Source: an uncultured virus (IMG/VR IMGVR_UViG_3300025133_000079) (taxonomy: Duplodnaviria > Heunggongvirae > Uroviricota > Caudoviricetes). From it: a DNA stretch of 20,000 bases. Positions 1 through 9,419 of the stretch are shown here, piece by piece; position 1 is the first letter of the stretch; every line of letters starts with the position of its first letter. The translations under genes and the position numbers were made by a program. The notes beneath the pieces were generated by a model. It was not told the origin of the DNA and ran no database searches. It saw only the letters and a list, made by a program, of their open reading frames with translations. The stretch lies in the IMG/VR virus record IMGVR_UViG_3300025133_000079. One strand, written 5' to 3'.

Positions 1-2
1 AC

Positions 3-3000
3 GCAGCGCAGTTACAGGAAATCTTTAAAGCTGACCCGTCCTACAAGGCGGACATGAATCGCATATGGGGAGTAACAGAAAATCCTGCTTCCCCTGACTC
101 TGGCGGCGATGAACCCTCTAGTTGGGATTGGACAAAGCAAGCATATAGCCAGTTTATGAAGGGGCTTGCAGAACAGAACATTGTCACAACTGCTCCAGAA
201 ACAATCGCAATAGGAACCTCTGCCCTTGGTCATGCGCTTGACCTCCCCGAAGAAGGGTATTGGGCAGCCCCCCGCGATCCGAAAGAAACAGGCACAGGAA
301 AGTTTGCCGAGTGGATGAAGACAGATGTCCACGAAGCCCTTACCCCTGAGATCACCGAGAAGAGGCAGGGGCAAATGCGTAACGACTTCGCAAGAAGCAC
401 GATTCCTCATGGGTTGGGGTCGGGAGTTGGGTTTATGGCTGGCGGCGGGGTTATTGGGAAGATACTACAGGGCGGCATCAAGAAACTATCCCAAAAGGTA
501 GGCGAAGAAACGATTGAGTACGCACAGAAGCAAGCCTTGAAGCGAGGGATGCTGCCAGATGCTGCCCGTAAGTTTGCTGTTGAACAAGGGGAAAAGGCCG
601 CCCAGAAGACATTCCAAAGAGCTGCATTGAGAAGCAACTTCAAGGTTACAGCGGGACTTGGTGCTGTTGCTAACGGGCCTCAAGGATACAAGGATGCCAT
701 TGCTGAAGGAGCAACACCTGGCGAGGCGTTTACTGCTTGGATGCTGAACATGGGGGTTGGTACTTCCGAGGTGTTCCCAATGCGAAAGTTTATCGGGAGA
801 ATTAGCGGGATAGATAAATACATAGGCAACGGCTTAAAAGAAGCATTAGTAAGCGCAGGGTGGGAAGCAGCAGAAGAGGCAGCTCAAGAGTTCTTTCAAG
901 GAGCAGCAGGAAACGCAATCGCCAAGTGGATAGTCAAGTACGATCCAGACAGGGAGGTACTTGCAGATTGGAAGGAGAGCGCAGCGGCGGGAGGAACTGT
1001 TGGCGCAATATTAAGTTTGGCTACAAGTGCGGTAGGTGGGCGAATCCGAAACATAACAGGCAAAGATGAAGGGGAAGGGGCAGCACCGGAATCAGAAGAA
1101 CTTTTACCTGATACACCCAGCATTGCTGCAAGAGCATACGAGGGAGAAAACAAGGAAGCCATTGTTGCCTTAGCAGAAAGAGAGGCGAAGGAAGGATACA
1201 CCCGCGAGGTCGAGGACGAGTATCTAAAGTTGGGTGTGGTGAGTGATATCCTAGCCAAAGAACTTTACGACAAAACAAGGAATCAGGCTTTAGCAAGAAA
1301 CGCCGCCGAGGATGCTGTTGCAGAAACGGAAGCACAGATCGACGACATAGCAGCTACTGCGGAGCCTACGGAACAGGAACTGGCACTGCTCGCAGAAGCG
1401 GAAGAAGTGAAAGGCAGCCCCCTGACAAACAGCGAGAAGATTAACATTCTTGCAGGGAATGCGGCAACCACACGCCTTGACGAGGACGAAGATGAGGCGA
1501 ACAGGAGGAAGGAGTTCTTTAAGGAAGAGGAACAAAGGGTTGGCCAAAGTGAAGCAGATCAAGAAACGGCCATGCAAGAAGCCTCCGCTGCCGATGGTGA
1601 TAGGGTTCAACGGGAACTGGATGATGACATAGAAGCAGCCCAAGAAGGTGAGAGGATTCAACAAGCTCAAAGGGCAGCCACCCAGCAGAAGAACGAAGAC
1701 TTGGCGGCATGGAGAGCTGCTCGCACCAAGCAGGAACAACCAGCAACGGAAGAAGAGGCCGCACCTGAAGCCGAAGAAGATTTACAGCAGCAACTACAGG
1801 AAGAGCAGGATGACATAACAGAAGGAACAGAAACCGTTAATGGACAGGAGATTGCCGGGATTGCGGTTGATGCAGTTGACAACGAAGAGACAGGGATTGC
1901 TCATTCAAATGATATAAGGATTGTAAAATCTAGAATCAAAAAGCTAAAGGAGAGGCTAAAGGGTAAGACCTTAAACGGAAAAGAAATTGGCGAAGACGAA
2001 ATTGAACAGCTAGTACCGGGGCTGGGTGATGTAGAGTCAGAAATCGTAGACTATGAAAATTCTGATCTATCCAAGGAGGATGCAAAGGAAAGGCGCGGTG
2101 AGATCAAGGAGAAATGGCAATCCTTGTACGGCACAGAGTACTCCTTGGAAACAGATGAGTCCCTAGAGAAAGCCATAACGCCCAAGGCAAAGGTAAAAGG
2201 CGAGCTTCCTGATCGTGCTAAACTTGCAGACAATTACCCTAAGAAATTAAGCAATTTTACAGATACGGTCTGGCATGAGACAAGTTTGGAAGAGGCGCAA
2301 GATTTCATTGGTATGCGTCAAACACAAATGGCTGGTGATGTTTACCTTTCTAACAACAAAGACCTTGCTTTAGGGCAAACCGGCCAAGGCGTTCTCCTAG
2401 AGTTTGATGCATCTGGAATTAAGGGTCGAGTCAACAGGAGTAAGCCAAATTGGGGCTTTTCGTGGGATAGTGGTAACGCTGAGTTTGTGGCAAATGAAAA
2501 CCACAACAAACAAAAAGATTGGGTTAGTAATTTAAAAAGTATAACCATCAAACCTGATGTAACTTTTAGACCATATCAACAGGACATTCTTAACAGAATA
2601 ACAAAAGGCTGGGATAATGTTTCCAATAAGGACGGAAGCCAAACCTTTACAAAGCCCAAGGCAAAGGCCAAAGAAGAAATTGTCCTAGAGCCGGGAACAT
2701 CCAATGCAACAGAGGCATTCGAGGAAGGGCAGCAAGCGGCTCGCAAACAAGCGCAAGCCAAGGTGGACAAGGGGAACATAGGTGAAACCTCTCAAGTCAT
2801 AGAGGGGGTTAGGGAAAGAACAGACGGCCCTATTAATACTGATGATGTCAATTTAGGGGTAGAGTCGGGAGGAGGTTTCTTCACACAAAACGACAACACT
2901 TCACAAGGGCGAAGGCTGACCGCAGAGGTAGACGCATACAACACAATCTCAAACATTAAGGGAACCACACTAGCTGAACTTAAAAAAGAAGGGATAGTAA

Positions 3001-6000
3001 GCGGACGCAGCAGTGGAATAGGTTACGCAACAAGCGGGAAAGGGAAAAATGTTGTCTATCACATAACAAAAGATGCCGTTTATCTTGGTGAAGGAGGGAA
3101 GACAGTCGAAGAGGCTATCTCAAATGCAAAGAAAAGGTCTGCTGAAAGAGTAGGGGTTGTCCTAGCAGAAGGAGGAACTGTTAGCGCAGCGGGATCAGGC
3201 GGAAAGGTCACCACTCGCGTTGCCGTACTCCAAAGCCCAACCGGGGAAGTCGTAGCACTCGGCATACACACGACACAAAACGACAAACCTATGGTCAAGA
3301 ACCTGAAGGGGACAACCGCAAAGTCCATGCCCCTTTCAGAGCTGATAACAAAACATGGGTACATCCCTGTCGGCTCAATTAGAACAGTTGCCGGCACAAA
3401 AGGATTCGCGGAGGTTTACGAGAGCCGCAAAGATTTCGACGAGAAAATAGGCGACAACATTCTGGCACTACAAAAAGCTGAAGCCCAAGTCGGCCCGTTG
3501 GCAGAGGGTGTGCAGGAGGCTAAAACGAATGAGAAAGTTCCGCTTAAAGAAGGCGACCAGCCTGTTCCGCCTATTGTCCGCAACGCACCTCGCCGCGCAC
3601 CCCGCCCAAGCCAAGAGAAAGTAAACACGGCGTTCTCCAACATAGTAGACGCTGCTCGAACGGCAGGAGTAGACATTAAGATTGTTAAGGGTGAGTTTGC
3701 GAATGTTGAGAAGAAGGCAACCGCTTACATGACGCTCGAAGACGGGCGGGTAGTGGCAACACTTGCAATGGAGTCTGTCAACAATCCTACACAGAACAAC
3801 ACGCTGGATCTACTCCATGAGATTAACCATGTGGTGTTCGACCAACTAGACCCTGCCGTCCAAGAGGCACTCGATAACGCAATTGAATCGGTGAGCGACG
3901 AAGCCCTTGGCATTGAAGGTTCTGCTTTCATGTTCGACAGCTCGTTTACGGATGAAGTGCCGAACGAACTTGTACAGGAAGAAAGACTTGTTGAGGCAGT
4001 AGCTAGGAAGATGGAGGCCGCAGGGTTTGATCCTGAAAGTTCAAGGGGGCTGATTGGAAGTCTCGTCAGGGTGTGGAAGAACATTTCATTTGCCGCAAGG
4101 ATGGCATGGCAGAAGATGCTGCACGGGCCAACGGCTATCAGCCCAACGATGGCGCAGGAATTTTTCACACTACAGGTAGAGGCGTTCCTTACGGGCAACT
4201 CCGTCCCAAGGTTTATCAACTATGTGGTTAACCCCAACACCACACTTCTTGAGGACGTAATGCGCTTTACTGGCGACCCCTCCAATGTGTTTATCTCACG
4301 CAAAGGTGTGGTCGAAGTGGAGCCTGTTGCACCTGAAACCGTGGAGGGTGTGCGCTTCAACATGAAGTATGCCGGTATTACCAGATACAGCCCAGGTGGA
4401 ACCGAAAGGACAAACGTCCAGCAGTCGAGAAGAAATGCCGCAACAAACAACGCCGTGCTGCAATCGCTTCGCAATGCCTATGCCGCCTTCACGGCCAGCG
4501 GTGCAAACAGAACTCCAGAGGGGGGGCTGATGATTGCAGAGGATGCGTTCATTGCAAAAATGCTGGGCAAGCGCGGTCCAGTAGAAATTCTGGAGGAGAT
4601 CGAATCGGAAACAAACCCTGAAGTTGCTGCCACTAGGCTGGAAGATTTAGACGAGATAGAGGATCGCCCAAGGGCAGCGCTAGATGCTGATAAGTTCCTC
4701 ACGCGAGTCTATGAGAAGCTCAAGGGCATATCCGACAAAGCCTACGACAAGCTAAACCGCGACAACAAGAACTCACTGTCAGCTCAAAGGTCAAAGGTTT
4801 ATATCGCACTTGACGAATTGAGAAGGGAGTACCTTGACCTTTCCCGCACAAGCACAAAGCTACTTGAAGGGTATCAGGCAAACCTCGATGCCTTTAATAG
4901 CAACAGGAAGGAATCGCGTAACAAAATCAGGCAAGTTCTGGTCAGCATTGATAAAGATTTAGCCACCAACAAGATTGCTGCTTCGGAGTTTCAAAAACAA
5001 CCCACACCAGAAGAGCTGGATTTATTCTTCAGGATGGTCGAAGCGGGAGTGGACTTCACAGAGTCTTGGGCAAACATACAAAAGAAAGTACAGCACCTAG
5101 CTACCAAGTACTCCCCAATGGAAGGAACATCCCCGGCTGCTATCAGGAGCAAAATCATTCTTGCCAAGTTCATGTTGATGGCGGCGGAAAATCCTGTTGC
5201 CGTGGAGATGCTTACTCTGCGCGGGGAGAACCCAGCCCACAGGAAGAAGTTTGATAGCGTCCTGCGCTTGGCACTCAAGAATGACCGAGATGCCGTGAAG
5301 AGAGCTTTCAGGGCATTCAAGGTTGAGTTCAAAGAGGAGGGCAAGGTCAAGTCGGGGGACTTTGCTCGCTTCAGCAGGAAAATAGAAAAACTCCTGAACA
5401 AGATAGAGGAATACAAGGGCAGATACAGCCACATCGATCAGGAGATAAATCAAGCACGGCGGGACGTTGCCATGTTCGATGCTACACGGAATGCCTTTGC
5501 TGAAGAGAGAGCAACTATAGAAACCTTGTACGACAAGGAAGACGCAATCAGCGGGTTGCAATGGGAGCCTATACATGAAGCAACCTACATGGTTCCAGCA
5601 AGCCCAGTTCAAGGTCTGGAAGATGTTAGGACAAACCCAGCAACACTAGACCTGTCCAAGAAGGTTGACCTTGCACAGATTGAAAAGCACATCAATGCCA
5701 TGACCGCATGGTTAAGCAACCAACCCGTTAACAAGCGGGGCGCAGTATGGAAAACGATGAAGAGGCAGCGTGACAAGCTCATAACTATTCCTGCCGACCA
5801 GACACAGCGAGAGGTTAACACTAACTGGATATTAAAAACGCTCGGAGACTACGCCACAAAGCTGGATCTAATCGGGTCACCTCAAGCCAGGAAAATTCAG
5901 CAAGCGTTCCGTTCATTAAGCAGAAATGTTAATTCTTATGGTGGCGAAAATGCCTTGAGAATAGGACGAGAGTGGGCGTTGGCCCTAGACGATTTGGCGA

Positions 6001-9000
6001 GGGCATTTAAAAAGAACGGTAGTGTGTTCACTAAAAGAGATGATATCCTTAGTCTGTATTACTCAAACGCCTTCCATTACTTTGACACCAACCGAGAAGT
6101 TCTAAACGAGAACCCCGGCAACAAAGGGCAGCGACTTCTGCTTAATGGTTTCAAGAATTACTGGAAGGGACAGAAGAAGGAGGACGCAGCATTCATCGAT
6201 GCAGTATGGCCGCAGTTCGAGAAGCTGATCCTAGCAACAAGGAAGGCTTCTAGTCATGTTAATAACATCCGAAAGGAACTAGGGTTAAAGGTAAGGGATG
6301 ACCACGGAGATTTCTCCTTCTTCCGCGAATCAATAGGCGACTCCCTGACAACAACCATGCGGAAACCGTCCAAGGAAGTTCCAAGCGTATTCGAGGCACT
6401 TGTCAACAGAGGTTGGAACATCAATCAAGCACTTGAGTCCAAGGCCAGCATTAAAGGTAAATATCTAGAAAATCAAGAGGGGTACATTGCGTATGTTGAA
6501 AAGCTGTTTGGCCCAAGTCCACGCGAAGGCGAGGTGTACGACAAAACCCACCACCGTGCCGCCTACGCAGTTATGTTGGACTTCGTGGGGCCGTTGGCGA
6601 GGAAGTCTGGTGTGGGCCTTTTGTCTAGCCCAACTGAAAACGGTCTTACTCGACCCGTACCCCAAGCATTGTTGCGAGAGGCGTTCGAGGAGAACCAAGA
6701 CAACTTTATCGGGATGCTTGAATCTCTGGCAAACAAGCTGGGGATAGCGGAGGCGGAAGCCAGGGCAGACTTTGTTGCTGAAGCCGTAACTGATTTCCAA
6801 GCCGTCTTCAGGCAAATCAAGACTTCTCAAGAAAGGACCAACGGAGATTCAATAGGGACAAACACGGCCATGCCTCCCCACATTATGATGGATGCGAGGA
6901 AAACAACCAACTGGCCCGAAGAGTGGATTGAATACGCAACATTTGGTGAGCGCAACATGCACCAGTATGCCAAGCATTTATCTGTTGAGTCTGCATTTGG
7001 TCGTGACATGGGTATGCTCAAAAGAGACATGGCAGAACTCAAGCAGCAATTAAAAAACGATGATGATCTAAGGATAAAAATAGACCGAGAGATAAGGGCT
7101 GCCGGGGGGAACACGGCTACTGCACACTTTACACGCGCTTACAAGAAGGCGTTCGAGGAAAAAGCCAAGGCCGCAGGGAAGTCTGCTAAATCCCTGAAGA
7201 ACGCAAAGACCAAGAAGCAAATAGCAGAAACAATGGACACGCAAATCAATGCTTGGCTGACAGCCGAAAGTGGTACGCCAATGGAGTATTATGCTTGGAA
7301 TGATTTCATGCGAACCTTGGCTGGGTTTACTGTTCAAGGCTACGGCACGGCCCTCATCGACACCATCTCAATTGTTGAGCAACCATTCAGGAAACTCGGC
7401 CTTGGCAAAACAGCCTTTAGCCATCTCCTGAAGAACGCCGGTAACTCCGTGGGAATAGGCACAGGCAGCCTGTTTCAGGTGTTCAACAAAACAATAGGCT
7501 TTAACGCAGAAAAGATGCAGCTCCTTCGGGAGTTCGGCCTTGACGATGCAACAGCCAGCTTGGAGGGCAACTTCTTTAGTCGGATCAAGGATAACTATAG
7601 GTCTACTCTCTCCGATGAGTTTGTGGGTAATTGGTGGGAAGGGTGGCGTCCCGGCTCACGGATAGTGGAACATATTTCCCGTGCAGGACGAGCCGTCCTC
7701 GGAACCGGGGCTGGAAAATCAGAGGAAGGTAAGGGCGCTTTCCCTGCGTTGAGGGTTGCCACACCGTTTACACAACTGGCAAAGCAATCGGCAATGGCCA
7801 GTACCATGTCCACATGGAGTCAGTTCCAGACCTTGGTTCTCAAGGCTTCCAAGCTAATAAAGAACAACTCTAAATACGCAGAGATTTTGAGGAACGAGGG
7901 AGTCCTGTTCGATGACGCAGTACTTAAAAAGCACGGGCTATCCCTAAAGAAGCTGATCAAGGAACTAGGGTATGGGCGCAGCTTTGTCGTGCTGGATGAC
8001 ACCCGCGCTTTCCTGCACATGAACGAGTCCCTTCAGCGTAACGGGTTCACTCTCGAAAGGGTTGCGTTAGACTTTTTAAGAAGAAAAGAGAGGGACAGCA
8101 AGGCAGACCCCATTGGGGACAAGAACCTTTACCGAGCATTGGCCAATCTAGCTGTATCAGAAACAATGCTTGAGACAGACCTGACCACTAGGCCAAGCGG
8201 GATGACCTCTCACAAGTTGGGACAATTCGCCATGCCTCTCTTGGGTTGGTCTGTGTCAAAGACAAACGATGTGATTAAGGAGTTGAGGGAGCCGGGTGGG
8301 CAGACCTCCATGCGAGGGGTTTACTTATCCATGATGAGCTATATGGCCGTTTGTCCTGTCTGGATGATTTATGCATACCTTCGCGACTTTTTTGACGAGG
8401 AAATCGTTGGGAAGAAGTCTGATATTCAACAAGGAAAAGGGTTGATGCATATGCCGTCTATGGAGCAGATAACTGAAGACCCCATAGATTCCTTCCAGAT
8501 TGCTTTGGAGCGATTAGATAGAGTCGGGGCTTTCGGTATAGCCGGGGAGGCTGCTGTTTACGGCATGGGCCAGGTGGGAGGCAACGTGAGGGACTTCGGG
8601 GTGGATTCCAGAGTCTTCGGGATAAACACACTCGGCAACTTTCTCGGCACTTGGGTGAAGTGGGGACGGCAAGGCACAGCAACCTATCAGTCAGTAGCCA
8701 GACCAATGATCCAATCGCTAGGAGGCAGCGGATTTCTGCAAACAACCCAAATTATCAACAACCAAATTGGCGAACTACTTGAAGACAAACCCTCTCCCGG
8801 CTTGGGGGGGCTGCCGGTTGTTGGAGGAGTACTGTCACAAGACTATTGGGTCAACCATAGGATCGGGGTTCAAAACTACATCAGGGGGGCTGGCAGGACG
8901 CTTAACCTCGATGTCAGGAAGCGCAGCAATATGCGAGCAACCCCAAGCAAGTTGAAGGCTTATGTCGGCCAGATGGTTCTTGCCGCCTACGCTAAAGACC

Positions 9001-9365
9001 CAATGAAATTTCAGGATGCCAAGCGGTATGCCAAAGAAGCAGCAAGAGAGGTGGATATTAAGGACGCAGAAAAGAGGATTTTACAGGCGTTCATGGCATA
9101 TCACCCCCTAAAGCATTCATTCAAAACTGCCCCAACCGAAAGGGATGTTCAAAAAATTCTAACCACAATTGATGAGTCAAGCGGTGAGGACGCTGGTAAA
9201 GCAGTTAGGGATGCCATTCGCTTATACAACAGCGCGATAGTACGACTAGGCGGCAACCCTTATGAGGGAAAAAAGGAAAAGGCAGCAAGTTCCACATTCA
9301 GAAGGAGGCCGTATATGAGCAGACCCTCACGACCAGACTACCGAGCATCCGCCGCATCTATGTAA
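3..9365 (+). CDS. Giant phage internal virion / DNA-ejection-type 'polyvalent' protein (>=3103 aa, probably 5'-truncated by the window) carrying ART-like and zincin-like modules
   Basis: Uninterrupted ORF 54..9365. The frame stays open upstream of ATG 54 to base 3 (AAQLQEIFKADPSYKAD-M), so the true start may be outside the window. N-terminal Gly/Ala-rich hydrophobic helices (GLGSGVGFMAGGGVIGKIL, EAAEEAAQEFFQG, AAAGGTVGAILSLATSAVGG) are followed by an acidic linker, HET..VYLS..E and HEINH..EE motifs, and a C-terminal hydrophobic segment. It lies directly upstream of tail-fibre genes. Confidence 0.75.
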   Translation, partial: AAQLQEIFKADPSYKADMNRIWGVTENPASPDSGGDEPSSWDWTKQAYSQFMKGLAEQNIVTTAPETIAIGTSALGHALDLPEEGYWAAPRDPKETGTGKFAEWMKTDVHEALTPEITEKRQGQMRNDFARSTIPHGLGSGVGFMAGGGVIGKILQGGIKKLSQKVGEETIEYAQKQALKRGMLPDAARKFAVEQGEKAAQKTFQRAALRSNFKVTAGLGAVANGPQGYKDAIAEGATPGEAFTAWMLNMGVGTSEVFPMRKFIGRISGIDKYIGNGLKEALVSAGWEAAEEAAQEFFQGAAGNAIAKWIVKYDPDREVLADWKESAAAGGTVGAILSLATSAVGGRIRNITGKDEGEGAAPESEELLPDTPSIAARAYEGENKEAIVALAEREAKEGYTREVEDEYLKLGVVSDILAKELYDKTRNQALARNAAEDAVAETEAQIDDIAATAEPTEQELALLAEAEEVKGSPLTNSEKINILAGNAATTRLDEDEDEANRRKEFFKEEEQRVGQSEADQETAMQEASAADGDRVQRELDDDIEAAQEGERIQQAQRAATQQKNEDLAAWRAARTKQEQPATEEEAAPEAEEDLQQQLQEEQDDITEGTETVNGQEIAGIAVDAVDNEETGIAHSNDIRIVKSRIKKLKERLKGKTLNGKEIGEDEIEQLVPGLGDVESEIVDYENSDLSKEDAKERRGEIKEKWQSLYGTEYSLETDESLEKAITPKAKVKGELPDRAKLADNYPKKLSNFTDTVWHETSLEEAQDFIGMRQTQMAGDVYLSNNKDLALGQTGQGVLLEFDASGIKGRVNRSKPNWGFSWDSGNAEFVANENHNKQKDWVSNLKSITIKPDVTFRPYQQDILNRITKGWDNVSNKDGSQTFTKPKAKAKEEIVLEPGTSNATEAFEEGQQAARKQAQAKVDKGNIGETSQVIEGVRERTDGPINTDDVNLGVESGGGFFTQNDNTSQGRRLTAEVDAYNTISNIKGTTLAELKKEGIVSGRSSGIGYATSGKGKNVVYHITKDAVYLGEGGKTVEEAISNAKKRSAERVGVVLAEGGTVSAAGSGGKVTTRVAVLQSPTGEVVALGIHTTQNDKPMVKNLKGTTAKSMPLSELITKHGYIPVGSIRTVAGTKGFAEVYESRKDFDEKIGDNILALQKAEAQVGPLAEGVQEAKTNEKVPLKEGDQPVPPIVRNAPRRAPRPSQEKVNTAFSNIVDAARTAGVDIKIVKGEFANVEKKATAYMTLEDGRVVATLAMESVNNPTQNNTLDLLHEINHVVFDQLDPAVQEALDNAIESVSDEALGIEGSAFMFDSSFTDEVPNELVQEERLVEAVARKMEAAGFDPESSRGLIGSLVRVWKNISFAARMAWQKMLHGPTAISPTMAQEFFTLQVEAFLTGNSVPRFINYVVNPNTTLLEDVMRFTGDPSNVFISRKGVVEVEPVAPETVEGVRFNMKYAGITRYSPGGTERTNVQQSRRNAATNNAVLQSLRNAYAAFTASGANRTPEGGLMIAEDAFIAKMLGKRGPVEILEEIESETNPEVAATRLEDLDEIEDRPRAALDADKFLTRVYEKLKGISDKAYDKLNRDNKNSLSAQRSKVYIALDELRREYLDLSRTSTKLLEGYQANLDAFNSNRKESRNKIRQVLVSIDKDLATNKIAASEFQKQPTPEELDLFFRMVEAGVDFTESWANIQKKVQHLATKYSPMEGTSPAAIRSKIILAKFMLMAAENPVAVEMLTLRGENPAHRKKFDSVLRLALKNDRDAVKRAFRAFKVEFKEEGKVKSGDFARFSRKIEKLLNKIEEYKGRYSHIDQEINQARRDVAMFDATRNAFAEERATIETLYDKEDAISGLQWEPIHEATYMVPASPVQGLEDVRTNPATLDLSKKVDLAQIEKHINAMTAWLSNQPVNKRGAVWKTMKRQRDKLITIPADQTQREVNTNWILKTLGDYATKLDLIGSPQARKIQQAFRSLSRNVNSYGGENALRIGREWALALDDLARAFKKNGSVFTKRDDILSLYYSNAFHYFDTNREVLNENPGNKGQRLLLNGFKNYWKGQKKEDAAFIDAVWPQFEKLILATRKASSHVNNIRKELGLKVRDDHGDFSFFRESIGDSLTTTMRKPSKEVPSVFEALVNRGWNINQALESKASIKGKYLENQEGYIAYVEKLFGPSPREGEVYDKTHHRAAYAVMLDFVGPLARKSGVGLLSSPTENGLTRPVPQALLREAFEENQDNFIGMLESLANKLGIAEAEARADFVAEAVTDFQAVFRQIKTSQERTNGDSIGTNTAMPPHIMMDARKTTNWPEEWIEYATFGERNMHQYAKHLSVESAFGRDMGMLKRDMAELKQQLKNDDDLRIKIDREIRAAGGNTATAHFTRAYKKAFEEKAKAAGKSAKSLKNAKTKKQIAETMDTQINAWLTAESGTPMEYYAWNDFMRTLAGFTVQGYGTALIDTISIVEQPFRKLGLGKTAFSHLLKNAGNSVGIGTGSLFQVFNKTIGFNAEKMQLLREFGLDDATASLEGNFFSRIKDNYRSTLSDEFVGNWWEGWRPGSRIVEHISRAGRAVLGTGAGKSEEGKGAFPALRVATPFTQLAKQSAMASTMSTWSQFQTLVLKASKLIKNNSKYAEILRNEGVLFDDAVLKKHGLSLKKLIKELGYGRSFVVLDDTRAFLHMNESLQRNGFTLERVALDFLRRKERDSKADPIGDKNLYRALANLAVSETMLETDLTTRPSGMTSHKLGQFAMPLLGWSVSKTNDVIKELREPGGQTSMRGVYLSMMSYMAVCPVWMIYAYLRDFFDEEIVGKKSDIQQGKGLMHMPSMEQITEDPIDSFQIALERLDRVGAFGIAGEAAVYGMGQVGGNVRDFGVDSRVFGINTLGNFLGTWVKWGRQGTATYQSVARPMIQSLGGSGFLQTTQIINNQIGELLEDKPSPGLGGLPVVGGVLSQDYWVNHRIGVQNYIRGAGRTLNLDVRKRSNMRATPSKLKAYVGQMVLAAYAKDPMKFQDAKRYAKEAAREVDIKDAEKRILQAFMAYHPLKHSFKTAPTERDVQKILTTIDESSGEDAGKAVRDAIRLYNSAIVRLGGNPYEGKKEKAASSTFRRRPYMSRPSRPDYRASAASM
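2180..2667 (+). repeat. Exact 14-bp direct repeat GCCCAAGGCAAAGG at 2180-2193 and 2654-2667, flanking the ART-like module
   Basis: Read directly from the sequence. The copies are 474 bp (158 codons) apart and in frame, encoding PKAKVKGE and PKAKAKEE. Confidence 0.9.
2194..2653 (+). other. Putative ADP-ribosyltransferase-fold domain (ART-PolyVal-like) inside the giant protein
   Basis: Ordered motifs TVWHET (His 2274-2276), DVYLSNNKDLA (Tyr 2343, Ser 2349), a GVLLEFD strand and GNAEFVA (Glu 2481-2483). These match the H / Y-x-S / E strand pattern of ART folds. Confidence 0.6.
3640..4080 (+). other. Putative zincin-like metallopeptidase (MPTase-like) domain inside the giant protein; boundaries approximate
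   Basis: LDLLHEINHVVF (HExxH at 3816-3830) is preceded by beta-strand-like ATAYMTLEDGRVVATLAM and followed by QEERLVEAVA (EE at 3978-3983), a candidate third Zn ligand. Confidence 0.6.
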
Positions 9366-9406
9366 TCCTTGATTTTTACCCTATATTTAGGACACTAACA
9401 AACACA

Positions 9407-9412
9407 TGAGGA
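9407..9412 (+). promoter_or_regulatory. Probable Shine-Dalgarno site for the 100-aa gene
   Basis: TGAGGA lies 7 nt upstream of ATG 9420, in the only sizeable intergenic gap (54 bp, AT-rich). Confidence 0.55.
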
Positions 9413-9419
9413 AACTCTT

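Noticed and set aside
4520..4526. G7 homopolymers (4520-4526 and 8804-8810) as phase-variation tracts
   Set aside because: They are short, explained by Gly-Gly codons, and the reading frame is intact.
3..9365. Possible virion RNA polymerase (N4- or crAss-like), given the size above 3000 aa
   Set aside because: I found no DxDGD/DFDID motif or convincing T7/N4-type polymerase motifs. A structure search would be needed to exclude it fully.
9385..9397. ATTTAGGACACTA resembles the SP6 promoter ATTTAGGTGACACTATAG
   Set aside because: It needs a 2-nt deletion, lacks the TATAG start, and occurs once. No single-subunit RNAP is visible in the window.
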